A DNA stretch of 64,000 nt, taken from Chiloscyllium plagiosum (lineage: Eukaryota). The DNA is taken from assembly GCF_004010195.1 (NCBI RefSeq), contig NC_057751.1, positions 4,720,161-4,784,160 on the forward strand, written 5' to 3'. Every line of letters begins with the position of its first letter. The stretch's first letter is position 1. Under the pieces are notes generated by a model, which was given only the letters and a program-made list of their open reading frames with translations, was not told where the DNA came from and made no database searches. The translations under genes and the position numbers were made by a program. This document shows positions 36,241-48,955 of this stretch, piece after piece.

Positions 36241-38704
36241 ACTGAGGGGGAACTAGATAAACAAGTAAGGAAGAGAGGTATCAGAAGAAATGCTGACAGT
36301 GTGTGAAACAAAGTCAATGGCAGACTTCCATAGAACCATCCCTTTTAAAGACTGTCCCGAGTGCTTACGGCCAATCAGCTCCTTGAGAAGGTCACTCGCT
36401 GATCGAAAGGGGAGAGCACACATCCCAGCAGGAATCAGTCAGGCTGAATGGCTTGTAGCTGCCTTGAAAGGCTGTTGTCACTTTATCTGGACAAGCAGTG
36501 AGCGAGTCCTTGCTGACTGAGTGCCTTCAATGTGAGATGAGGCAGACTGCACACTGATAAGTTGTTCAAATAGTTGTTGGAGCTCTCCAGAAGAGATTCA
36601 CCTGACCTTGTACTGCCTGGTACCATTACAGCACAAGGGGCAGTGAACACCAAGAGAGACAAACGGCAGCTGGGGAGGTGGGGGAAGGAGGGAGGGAGGG
36701 CGGGTGTGTCTATGTCTGTGTCTGTGTCTGTGTGCGTGTGTGTGTGGTGGGGGGGGGGGGTTGATATTTAACAGAATGCCACTGGGGCCAAAATGGAAAG
36801 AGCCATGATTCAGGAGTTAATAACAGCAGCTTCTCAATCTTGTTCAATGAGCCAGACAGTGATCTCCCAAGACCTGTCCAAACAAACAGACAAGACTCCA
36901 CTCTGTTAAGGCCTATTACCAGCAAATAGTGTCTCAAAGTAAACAAGGTTGATGTGCTAACCAGAACTCAGTCCATCACCACAATAGTCCATTAGTCTGT
37001 TATCACCAATCGATTGAGAAAATACATCAGGAGATGTTCAGCCAAGCTCACAGAAAGCTTATAAATTATAGTGGGTGGGGGAAAAGGAACACTCATTTAG
37101 ATGTCAGACCGCCTCACTCTGGTGGCAAGTGGCACTGCAACTGGCATCCTCAAACTGCACTGTCACAGACAGAACAACAATGGCATGGCAACCATTTTTC
37201 ACAAAGACACGATGCCCCAAGTGCTTCACAAGCCAATCAACACCTTGAGCACAACCATGGTTGCCAACTCCAGCTTACAAGATCCCATGAACCATCGGGA
37301 ATCAGTCACTTGCTTCAGTGATGTCAATTGGTAGATGGAGATTGGCCAGCAGGGACTCCATCACCCCCCAAAACTCAGCTTCAGTGCCCCTGAGCTTTCC
37401 CCTCGCCCTTCAGGGTCAGTGAGCCCAACAACTGGCCACTCGATCAAGTCTCAAAGTATCCACAGAAAGATCCTTGTGTTTTGCTGGAATCCAGTCCTCC
37501 AGTACCTTTCTGCCACACAGGAGCCTTGGACAAAGCTCCACATTCTTCCAAAGAAAGGAATCACTCCCAGTGTGTTGTCACAGCACCTCTTGCCAACCAG
37601 GCAGAAAATGTTGAGTGCGGGTGATGACATTTTAAAAATTAGCCCAGTCTCTGGAAAGCTCAACACGGACGTGACAAGAACTGTGTGTTTGCAGAGCAAC
37701 AAACCTGCTGGCAATACAAGGAACCTCTTCCTGATAAATGCACACAGCCAGACAGGTTTATTCCAGAACAGATCCAACACAGACACAAACCCTCTTTAGG
37801 CCGTCCCACTTCTTGGGAAAAAAAATCTACCCAATCTACCTCCACATGCCAACTTATCGCCCATCAACCTACAAACTAGCTCTTCTCAAGGCCAAGTCAC
37901 ACAACCTTTGGAAGGTTTGGATGGAATTTAATTGTCTGCCAGCACCTTCCCACTTGAGAGAGTGAGAGAGTGAGCAAGAGAGAGAGGGAGCGCACGAGCG
38001 TGTGTGTGTGTGTGTGTGTTTAGAAATTATCCCTTGACCCCCTCTTTGCCCATTCTTGTGCTCATGATTGAACTCTGGACTGGCCATTTGGCAAACCTGA
38101 CAATTACTCACTAAACAGCTCCTTATTCTGAATGTCTCTGACACTCTCCCTTGAACATTCTCCACTCACAGCAAGACAATTTCAGTTTCTCCAATCTCTC
38201 CAAACAACAAGGAAAATTTGAGCGGGGCAGGCCACTCAGCTTCTCCAGCCTACTCCACCATTCAAAGTGATCATGACTGATCCTCAATTCACTCCCCTCT
38301 ATCCCCATAACTTGCTGAAAAGTTCAACATCTTTATCTTGAATGAGGCAAGCCAAGACTTTCACTGATTAACATGGGTTTTTTGTAAATCTATAATTTAG
38401 CATAAACAACAGTCTTCACCTTTCCTTTCTTGAATCTTTCCTTGTCCAGAAGCCAACTCTTAAATAGGAAGTCCCACAAACTTCCTCTTTCTCATCTTTG
38501 AAGCTGTCCTGGGTGATTCTGAAAGGAGTGTGCTGTTCTGGCACTGACACTTTCTGAGTGAAGAAATTTCTCTCCCTTTCTATCCAAAACAGTCTCCCCT
38601 CCATTTTAAGATAGTGACCCCTCGCCAGAATCAAGTCGTCTAACATGCACTCTGCCAGGGTAACATGATCACTGCAGCCACTTTGTCTAACCCTGTCAAC
38701 ATCT

Positions 38705-39070
38705 TCTGTGTTACAAAGAGGATAGGTGATGGCCTCATGGTATATTGCAAGATCATTAACCCATAGATCCAATTCATGTTCTGGGGACCTGGGTTCAAAT
38801 CTCACCATCTTGTTGGAATTTGATTTCAATAATAATCGGGATATAAGATTACAATGATGATCATCAATCCATAGCCATATACCAGCAAAAACTCATCCAG
38901 TTCACAAATATCCCTTAAGCAAGGAAATCTGCCATCCTTACCTAGTCTGGCCTACATGTGACTCCAGATCCACAGCAATGTGGTTGACTTTTAACTATCT
39001 GCTGGGCAACGAGCATTGGGCAACCAATGTTAGCCTAGCCAGTAATACTCACAGCACATGAATAAAAATA
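38705..39070 (+). mobile_element. tRNA-derived SINE with CR1-type tail, nested in a minus-strand CR1 remnant (~38200-39630)
   Basis: Head ggtgatggcctcatggta...ctgggttcaaatctcacc; tail ggcaac...gcctagccagt...catgaataaaa similar to the LINE tail at 150-220. Confidence 0.65.
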
Positions 39071-39958
39071 AGTTTTACATTCTTTTAAACTCTCATGAAT
39101 TATTGGCACAGTAGACCAATGTCTGTTCATAGAACAAACCTGATATCCCAGTCGTCAGTCTGGTGAACCTCTGCAACACCCCATCCATGACATGTATACT
39201 TATTCTTAGGCAAGGAGATCAAGACTGTACACAATACTCCATGTGTGGTGTTGCCAGAGCCCTGTACAGCTGCAGTAATACCTCCTTGACACTGGACTCA
39301 GACTGTAACAAGGAAGGACAACATACTATCACCTTCCAAACTGCTTGCTGAACCTGCATGCTTTCTTTCAGTAGCAAGTGTACAAGGATACCCAGATCCT
39401 TTGGAACATCAATATTTTCTTATCTTTCAATATTTGACAAATAACTTGTCTGTATTTTTTTTTCCTCTCGAAGAGGACTTGCCACTCATCAGCCGTGCAC
39501 GTGCCCACTCACTCAACATCTCTAAATCACCATGAAGGTCATTTACACCCTCCTCACCACTCACATTTCACTTCATCTTGTGTTTTTTAGCAAACGTGGA
39601 AATAACACACTTGTTTTCCTCATCCAAATCGAGGCATCCTGAGTCCCTGTCCTCCAGCTAAGTCCAGACCTTTTGAATTTTATCAGCCTTCAAAGGCCCT
39701 TCTACCTTTTGTTGCACAGGCCGCTGATAGATGGGTGGGTACAGCAAGTCACACTGAAGCAACAAAGTCTGATTTTAACACAAGAACCTCTCAGGAGGGC
39801 AACTGGAGCCAAAATGTTAACTCTGTTTTCCTTCCCAAAGCTGCTGCCAGATCTGCTGAGATTTTCCACCAATTTTTATTTGTGTTTCCTATCTTACCAT
39901 ACCAGGTCTGAGAGGTGGCCAGTCATGGGAGAGGTGTGGAAGAGGCATTCAGTCACTT

Positions 39959-40268
39959 TAGATTAGATTACTTACAGTGTGGAAACAGGCCCTTCTGCCC
40001 AACAAGTCCACACCGACCCGCCGAAGCGCAACCCACCCATACCCCTACATTTACCCCTTACCTAACACTACGGGCAATTTAGCATGGCCAATTCACCTGA
40101 CCTGCACATCTTTGGACTGTGGGAGGAAACCGGAGCACCCGGAGGAAACCCACGCAGACACGGGGAGAATGTGCAAACTCCACACAGTCAGTCGCCTGAG
40201 GCGGGAATTGAACCCTGGTCTCTGGTGCTGTGAGGCAGCAGTGCTAACCACTGTGCCACCGTGCCGCC
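39959..40268 (-). mobile_element. Full-length, young HE1 SINE
   Basis: Complete head ggcggcacggtggcacagtggttagc, B box ggttcaattcc, core and (aatct) tail; many CpGs intact; CACTT on both flanks. Confidence 0.95.
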
Positions 40269-40299
40269 CACTTGCTGCATAAATTTGTGATTGGGATCA

Positions 40300-41800
40300 G
40301 AGATGAACCATTGAACGATAAAATGTTGTTCCACTGACCCCAACGAGCTAAGACAAAAAGAACAATTTCTAGCCCAAAATTCAAACTTGGACGGATCAGA
40401 AATGGGCAGAAATCCAAGGAATTCTACATGTGGTGGATTGCCCAAACTAAGGCTTCCCAGAAAACTATCACCACTCAGACAATCCAGAGTAGACTGAGAT
40501 GTGGACTTTGCCACACAGTAAGTTAGAGAAAGAGAGGATGCCAGGATGTGATGTCCACCAACGATCCCTCAGACAGCAAACAAACCAACCAAGGGGTTAC
40601 AATTATAAGGAGAGATGGGCACATTTACATGCAAAACTAAATAAGGAAAGCAAGGCTAGGCCAGATTCCCTGATCAGTGGATCGCCATTAGGGAGTCACA
40701 CACAGGCCTGTGAACTAAACTCCCTGTATCACAAGTAACATGTGAACTGTTTTCAAACTGGTGATCGGCCCAGCAAGAAATAAAATGTCGTCAGCACAAA
40801 TAAAAGCCTTAAATTTTTCACAAAGGCAGTTCAAAACTCCTTGATACCATCAAGTGATTCAGTCAATTCTCAATTTTGCATTTGTCGTTCTGACTACTGC
40901 CTGCTTTTCCTGGAAGAAAAGACTTATAAAACATTCAGAAATCAAAATTCCTTCATGGAAAGTCTTGAGAATTTGTACAATAGAAACGAGAACTGATAAC
41001 AAATAGTTTTCCAAAAAGATTTAAAGCAGATGAGGAGAAACATCAGATGAGGAGAAATGAGAGAACTGCATGGGATGATCACAGCTGAAAGCTTTCAGGG
41101 ATAGAATGACTGTCCAGAGAGATGACATGTGGATTTAAAAAGAATCTCAGGAAGACACTGCAGAGATAAGAGTGCACAGGCTTAATCGTGACAGGAAATT
41201 TCAGTATTAGTGGACTGACAGCTAGATGACATTGTACCAATCTACCAAGAGCAGTCCACATCCAGTGGTCAATGTAACAGTCACAGCGAGAAAAATAACA
41301 AAACCCAATCTGTCAGAAAGCTGAACAATGTTGAGATTCCAAAGACACAAGAATAAACAGACAGAATTTCCAAAGGGAAAATTAAGCTCGATCAGCCTTG
41401 TGAAAATTTCTTTCAAGACCTAAAAGGTAGCAGGAGAGGGAGTTAGTACGTTTTTGAAAGGCCTTTGGTTAAGTCATTGCAGAGTCCACAATTGAAGAAA
41501 GACAGTGAATATGGAGTTGGGAGGCAAGGGACAGAACCTCAGCAACCCAATCAAAGGGAATGACAAACAGCAGAGGTCTTGTACATACTGGCACCAACTG
41601 GGAAATGGTGTTCCCACAAGCAGCACTGCTTGGATTGCTAATCTTCACTATTTCCAATCACAATTTACACTCTGGACTGAACAAGGAACTTCTCAGTTTG
41701 CAAGCACAGGATTTGAGAGGGTCATAAACACAAAATGGGCTTGCACTAAACAGTAACAAAGGCAAAGTTGTGGAGTGAGCATCTAACTGACAAGTGAAAG
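40300..41800 (+). mobile_element. Very old CR1-like ORF2 remnant
   Basis: ggtgttcccacaagcagcactgcttgga...cttcactatt...tctcagtttgca resembles a decayed GVPQGSVLG...ISKFA RT segment. Confidence 0.45.
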
Positions 41801-42360
41801 TGAACCTCGGCAGTGAGAGGTTTGATATTTTGGCAACAGCACCATTGTGAAAATGTGAAACAGTGGTAAGATGGCAGGGAAGGATCTTTGAAAGTTAATG
41901 TTACGTTTCTGAGAACTTCCTTCCTAGAACTGAATATTTCAGCAACAATGATTGATTTGTAACCATTAGCAGCCTTCAATTATGTGTTTTCAGATCTTCA
42001 TGGGGTTAAAAGACAGATCATAGAGATATACAATATTAGTTAATTGTGAACACTCAAAGTTTGTTACTACATTCTGGAACAGCAATGTATTCTAACTTCA
42101 GAAACGTGAGGAGTGTTCTAACTTAGGGTTTGATCATGGTGAAACCCATTAAACTGGAGGTCCAAACGTGACCTCACAGAACAAGTATGACCTTCACACT
42201 GCACATCACAGGGAGATCAACCATCACAACAGGTTTGTCAACTGGTTTAGTCTGAGGCATGAGGCTGCCCGAGTAAACACTGGGGAGTCAAGGTCACTGC
42301 ACTGAGTGTGCCTCTGGGTTCATCTGTCTCGGACTGAATGTAATCAGAGAGGAGTGTAAC

Positions 42361-42550
42361 AGCTTCACTTTACAAAGAGAACACACCACTATGAAAAGAC
42401 CATCAGTGAGGAGTTAAACAGAAGATGTTCAAAACATTAGTGTGAAATTATGATCAAGAGAGAAGACTGAAGTAGCTTCACTTTACAAAGAGAACACAAC
42501 GCTGTGAGAAGACAGAAGATAGTGAGGCTTGAAAAATTAGTTTAAAATTG
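42361..42550 (+). repeat. Local direct repeat, 113-bp offset
   Basis: agcttcactttacaaagagaacaca at 42361 and 42474. Confidence 0.8.
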
Positions 42551-45500
42551 TTTCCTTGCACTGATTGAGGGTTGGGGTGAAATGGGAATTAATGCTCTGA
42601 AGATTTATCCTGAGAAATTTAGAGCTTATTTTTAATCTCATAAAACATCCAGAACTGATTCTTAATGTCAAAAACTTTAATCAGAAATATCACTCCTCTC
42701 TGATCTAGCCTACCCTTTGCATCGTTGATAGTCAAGTTACATAAGAGATACTTAAAGTAAAATGCATCAGTACACAAGAATTGAAACCAAACTTATGTCA
42801 AATGAAAAGCTTATTGGAATTCATGATCTGGGGACAAGTCGAATGATTCATCCAAGATTTTTGATGTTTTGCCCCATTACTAATGTCAACTCTTGAAACT
42901 TCCTCCAACAGTGCCACGATTGTTGGGTCCCTGCTCATTTCTGAAGTGGAGCCACCACTGCACTCTCCTGTTTTTAATGTTTCTCAACACTGCTACACAG
43001 ACATCTCACTTCTCAGCTTAAATCCTGCAGAAGTTCAACTCAGTGTTTGGAACGTTTTCTTTGACCAGAACTATTGTAAATTAATTTCACTTCCTCTTCA
43101 AACAAATCAAGTAACACGTATTATTCACCTCTTGTTAATCATTCCCCATTGTGTGCCTTATCTCCCAGACAAACTGGACAGTTGATCATGACTGATTCCT
43201 GGAAGCCAGGTGCTTCATCTGGTTCTTAAAAGGACCATTGTAACATAGAGGTTTCCTGCTCATTATTGTAGTTTTAACAGTGACCAGGAGTGAGAATATG
43301 TCACATGATGGATTGCTATTTTCCAATAACTATCTGTTCTTTTCCCTCCTGTTACACATCGACATGATTGGTGTGAGGAGCAACAGGTCAGTTTTGGATA
43401 AACTATCCACAGATTCAAATTGTCAGGAATGATGTCACAAAGAACAAGTGGATATCACATGAGACAGCACATCTTGAACAAAACTAACTCAATGTCAGCA
43501 GATATTCCACAAAGGAGAGAACAATGGAACTGAAATTCTCCTCACTGCACCTTTTAAATTGTTATTTTTATTTAATGGCGAACATCAAACCTGCCAGCGA
43601 ACCACCTTGATGTATGTCTAATGTCTTGAGATGGTATTATACCAACACTCTTCCTTTTACCTATTTCTCTCTTCCTTCCCCATTGAGCTGATGATTGACA
43701 CAAGCTCCTCCTTGACTTACTTTGACACCAGTTTTGATTGTACATTATGACATTTGCTCCCATACCATGTCCCTGACCTTAGCCTCAGACCAGACACTGA
43801 CAGCCAGCCTTCATGTCCTTGTATAACCTTATGCACAAACCCTGCTCCAATTCCATTTATTTTGAACCAGCACTGACGAGGACCCAGTCCATCCAGTCAG
43901 TCTGACTATAAGGACAAACTGATAAAGGTGAGTGTTATTCACAGGCACCAGCACCACCAAACAGGAAGCTGAAATGGTTTACATCCTGCTAACTCCAGAT
44001 TGCACCTTAACAGCCATAACACCGATGTCCTTTAGATTAGGGTCAAGTAGTAGTGTGGCATACTCATGGGTCATGCTGACTTTTATCATGCCTGTCTGTG
44101 CTCACTTCAGTGTCTGTTTCCTGACAGGCTCCCTTCAGCCTCCTCATCTTCAGTACTTTTAGTTTTGTCATCAGCAGTACATGGAGAAGGCTCAGATAAT
44201 GATCCTTTACAAACTGCTCCCTTATAAGGTATTCTTCGTTTCTTCAACCCTGATGTGGTTTTTTTCAATCCCCACCTGGATTTTGGGGGAGTATTTGGTC
44301 TGTTGTTTCCTCATTCTGGGTTGTCTGTTGGTGTTACAATTTAACATTGTGCAGGAGCTAGGAAAGATGTGGGTGTGCCCTCCAGAGATAGGACATGGAA
44401 TAAATGTCTATTAAGGGAGGTCATGCCCTAACAGATTTTCCCTCCCTCCCCACCACCACCTTATTTGGCCTTGTATATATTTCAGAGCTACTGTTCCAAT
44501 CATTTCCAGCTTTCGGTTCCCATTCCATATCAGTGAGAGTGAAGAAATGGGTTCAGCTCTCTGCAAATTAAAGGGTGTCGCTGGAATCAATTCTGAGAAA
44601 GGATTGGGAAGAACTTTCATTCAAGCTGGAACAACACGGAAGTGGGAACAACAGCCCATTAACGAGTTTCAAATCATCCTTGGATGCTGGGCTTGTTGTC
44701 ACTAGTGTCAAATGAGACAACAGACATTTGGGAGACCAGGCCATTAAGCAATGTGTTCTGATAGTTTCAGCAAACCAGAATTGGCAAAGCCATTGTGTTG
44801 AAGAGTGACTTCAAACACAGTGCTTGACTGCAGACAGTTGGGGGACCAGGCTCCCTGGCAAAGTGTTCAGTTGGTGTCAGTAGAGGAAAGCAATTGTCTT
44901 GGGAAGTGTTTAGCTGACAAAGGCCAGACTGATCGACATATTTTGATTGCCACATGGGGTCAGAGCGGAATTTCCCAGAGATTTTTTTCCTAATATTGCC
45001 TCTCCCTGGAGATCACACATGGCCTGGGCTGGGGTGGAGATTAGTTGATCAGTTGTGATGAATAGGGTAGTGAAGTTGTTTGGGACAAGTTTGTTCCATT
45101 ATTTTTCAAGTCTGATTATTCCAATTAAATCTGAAAATAAATGTGGATTGAATTTGGACAAACTTTCTGTCTGCATTTTGTGATTTCTGTGTGGGTCATG
45201 GATAGAATGGATGTTGTGGACAAGGCTTGTGTTGTCTGTCCCTAATTACTCTAAGGTGAAGGTGGTAATCTGCCTTCTTCCTGGACTATTTCAGACCTCC
45301 AGTCAGCTACTGACTGAGTAAACCTCTCTGAGCCACAGAAATCTCAGAGTTAATCCCTAAGTCTGTATCTACAAGCTTAAAGACTTACAGGGTCCATCAA
45401 GCTTGCCCACTGTCCAGTACATAGTATAAACTCAAGTCCTATCTTCCAGTAATGCTCTTGGCACAGAAAGAAAGATGACCATGGAGAAAAATGTTCAGAA

Positions 45501-45989
45501 TAATTGCTCTCCCCAATCTCTGAGGCTTGTGGAAGGAGAACACTACCTCCTGATAAAACCCAATCTAAACCAATCATGAACTCCCTTCCCTGTAACTAGC
45601 AATGTCCTCTCAGGGAGGAAGTAACTAAGCTTCTCTTTGTAAGGTCTGCAATGACCCCTCACTCACCATATTTAGCATGTCTTTAATGATGACTACAACA
45701 AGTGAAATCAGGACAGCATCGACAGAGACCAATCAGCTTATAAGCCCATGGTGTCTGTAATTGATTGCTATTAAAGCCACACAAGGACTTCCTCCAAAAT
45801 ATATTGGGGGGTGAGGGGCTAGAGTTTGAGTGAGTTGACTGGGCTGAAACACAATTTGGCACCTTATCCTTCACTTGACCAAAGAAAAAGTGCTGGTAAA
45901 CAAAGACAATGCACACATGGACAGGAGGGAAGAACAAGACAATGGAGAAAGGCCTATTCTGGAGCACTGTGTCCACCTTTAGTCACTCA

Positions 45990-46456
45990 GTTGTAGGAAG
46001 GATATTGAGCTGGAGAGGGCTCAGAGAGATTTACCAAATTGTTGCCGGGTATGGGAAGTTTGAGTTCTAAAGATAGGCTGGGACTTTTTCCACTGGAGCA
46101 TTGGCAATAGAAGTTTATGAAGTAATGGAGTACAGATAGAGTTAATGGTAGTTGTCTTTTCCCTAGGATGGAGAATTTCAACACTAGGGGACACATTTTT
46201 AAGGTGAGAGGAGAGAGATTTAAAAAGGGGTAATTTTTTTTACACAGAAGGTGGTTCACGTGTGGAACGAACTTACAGAAGAAGTGGTGGATGCATGTAC
46301 AACTATAACATTTAAAAGACAATTGGATAGGTACATGAATAGGAAAGATTTGGAGGGATATGGACCAGGAGCAGGCAATGGGACTAGTTTAGCCTGGGAT
46401 TGTTTGGCATGGACTGGTTGGACCGAAGGGTCAGTTTCTGTGCTGTACGACTCTAT
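45990..46456 (+). mobile_element. HER1 LINE 3' fragment
   Basis: ORF VHVWNELTEEVVDACTTITFKRQLDRYMNRKDLEGYGPGAG; tail tgtgctgtacgactcta. Confidence 0.85.
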
Positions 46457-46837
46457 CACAGGGTAAAGAGGAATCAGAACATTAAAATTGTCCAAGAACA
46501 CAAAATAGAGGCATATTTGACAGGCACATACAAGAAAAGGATAGATGGAATTGGAATGATCCATTGCAGGACAGACAGAGGAATACTGCCATTAGTGTTT
46601 AGGTTCTGCCATAATTCCCAGAGTAATGTACCCCAATGTGGGTGCCAGGACAATGAGAAATGACAATGACAGCCCACATCACACGGACATGTCCAAATGG
46701 CAGAGTGTTTTAAAGTGTGTGAGCCAGGCAGAAGACGGAGAGATTGAGAGTGCATGGGATCAGGATAACTGAAGGTATAGCCACCAAAGGCTGACAAACT
46801 AATGGGAGCAGGAATTCCAGAGGTCTGAGTTTTATGA

Positions 46838-47185
46838 GGCTGGAGGAGATTACAATGCTAGAGATGGCTGGAGGAACTGGAGGGGGTTACGGAAAAAGTG
46901 AGGGATGTAGAAACTGGAAGGGTTTACAGAGATAGGAAAAGCTAGAGGGGCTGGAGGGAGTTAGAGATAGGGAGAGGTATAGATGCTGGAAGAGGTTACA
47001 GAGGTAGGAAGGGGTTTTGGGGTTAGAGGAGGTTACAGAGATGGGGGGGAATAGGGGGTCAAAAGAATTTACAGAGATAACAAGGGGGGATGCAGGGGCT
47101 GGAGAGAGTTACAGAGGTAGACATTGGTGGAGGAGATGGAGGAGGTCACAGAGATAGAGAGGGTCTGAAGCCAGGGAGGGTCTCA
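46838..47185 (+). repeat. Purine-rich degenerate tandem repeat (~37-bp unit)
   Basis: About 8-9 copies of gctggaggaggttacagagatagggaggg-like units. Confidence 0.7.
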
Positions 47186-47238
47186 ACTGTGACGTTTCTT
47201 GATCTGGAGCCAGTGTTATCTGTCATTGTGAGGAAAGA

Positions 47239-47532
47239 GTTAAAAATCACACAACACCAGGTTATAGTCCAACTGGTTTATTTGGAAGCACTAGCTTTTG
47301 GAGTGCTGCTCCTTCACCAGGTAGTTGTGGAGCAGGACCATAAGACACAATTTATAGCAATCTAGGTTTGTTCAATACATCATTTGCATGACATTATAAT
47401 CTTTTACTATAAATTGTGGGTCTAATGGTCCTGCTCCACAGCTACCTGAGGAAGGAGCAGTGCTCTGGATAAACCTGTTGGTGTTGTGATTTTTAACTTT
47501 GTCCACCCCAGTCCAACACCAGCTCCTCCACA
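47239..47532. mobile_element. Inverted-repeat Penelope-like insert (second family) with 16-bp TSD
   Basis: TCATTGTGAGGAAAGA at 47223-47238 and 47533-47548; arms gttaaaaatcac...ggagcaggaccat versus atggtcctgctcc...gtgatttttaac; degenerate CTGANGA-aggagc-agt-gctc hammerhead in both arms. Confidence 0.8.
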
Positions 47533-47789
47533 TCATTGTGAGGAAAGACACAGACTATCAAACCTTCTTCACCACAGAGTGGGGGGGATCAGAAGCTCAC
47601 CAAAACCACGTAGAGATGAACAGAGTCAAATCATTTCAGAAGACTCAGAAAAACATACAAGGGAGAAAGTCCTGGAATGGAAGCTGATGACGAATTCATG
47701 CTCAGAGGAGTGGAAGCTTCATGGTCCTATTCCTCTCTATTGTACATCAGCTGAGATAAATGTCAGCCTTGGCATGTCCTAAAATTCGA

Positions 47790-48140
47790 CAGAGTCATAG
47801 AGTCATACAACATGGAAACAAACCCTTTGGTCTAACTCATCCGTGCTGAACAAAACATCCAATCTGACCTAGTCCCATTTGCCAGCACTTGATCCATATC
47901 CCTGTAAACCCTTCCTATTCATATACCTATCCAAACTCCTTTCAAATGTTGGAATTGTACCCACCTCCACCACTTCTTCCAGCAGTTCACTCCATACCTG
48001 CACCACCTTCTGTCCCTCAGGTCCCTTTAAATCTTTCCCCTCTCATCTTAAACTATGTCCTTTACTTTTGGAATCCCCCATCCTCGGAAAAAAGATCTTG
48101 GCTTTTCAACCTATGCAAACCCTTCATGATTTTACAAATA
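47790..48140 (-). mobile_element. HER1 LINE 3' fragment
   Basis: agagtcatagagtcatacaacatggaaacaaaccc tail and following 3' ORF2 sequence. Confidence 0.8.
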
Positions 48141-48199
48141 GTGGGTCAGAACTTGTCACATGGAATATAAAAGGTGGGAAAATGGCAAGTTATGCACTT

Positions 48200-48955
48200 G
48201 GCTGTTTCTAACTGAAATCTTTCTCAATTTAAATGATATTTTACTCATCTATTCTTCCAGTCACAGAGGGGATTGAGGGTCCTCATTCAGAAATCACAAC
48301 AGGTTGGCATGCAAGTTCAGGTGGTAAGAGGGCAGGCAAATTATATGTTAGTCATTATTTCAAAGGAAATTAAGTATAAAATAGCAAAGTCCTGCAATAA
48401 TTATACAAGGAACTAGTTAGATCACACCAAGAAAATTATGAATAGATCTAGTCCCCTTATTCCCCTTAGATTCCTGATGAAGGTCTTATGCCTGAAATGT
48501 CAATTCTCCTGCGCCTCGGATGCTGCCTGACTTGCTGTGCTTTTCCAGTGCCACACTCTTGTCTCTGAGCTCCAGCATTTGCAGTCCTCACTTTCTCTCG
48601 TCCCCTTATCTAAAGAAAAGATATACTGGCTTTGGAGGCAGGCCAGAGAAGGTTCACTGTGTTGATCCCAAGCATGGAGGGATTTTATGAGAAGAGATTG
48701 AGCCAATTGGGCCGAGAGTCTGAGGAGTTCAGAAAAATGGGACCTGAGCTTGCTGCATGCAATGTTCAAGATTCTGAAGGGACTTAACAGGGTAGAGGTT
48801 GTTTCTCCTTGTGGGAGAGTCGAGGACCAGATGGTGTAATCTCAGAATTAGGGGTTTCTTACTTAAAATACAGGTGAGGGGAAATAGCACAGTGAAACTA
48901 TGGAATTCTTTGCCACAGCGGACTGTAGAGATCATGTCCTTAAATATATTCAAGG
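48200..48955 (+). mobile_element. CR1/HER1-type LINE fragment with nested Penelope-like insert
   Basis: ORF FLLVGESRTRWCNLRIRG...VKLWNSLPQRTVE; tccccttatctaaagaaaagatatactggctttggagg CR1 motif. Confidence 0.75.
48469..48599 (+). mobile_element. Penelope-like insert with hammerhead motif and 10-bp TSD
   Basis: GTCCCCTTAT at 48451-48460 and 48600-48609; CTGATGA-aggtc-ttat-gcct-GAAA-tgtc from 48474. Confidence 0.8.

Noticed and set aside
40195..40268. tRNA-like A/B boxes as a tRNA gene
   Set aside because: Head of an HE1 SINE, continuous with the SINE core and tail and repeated at several loci.
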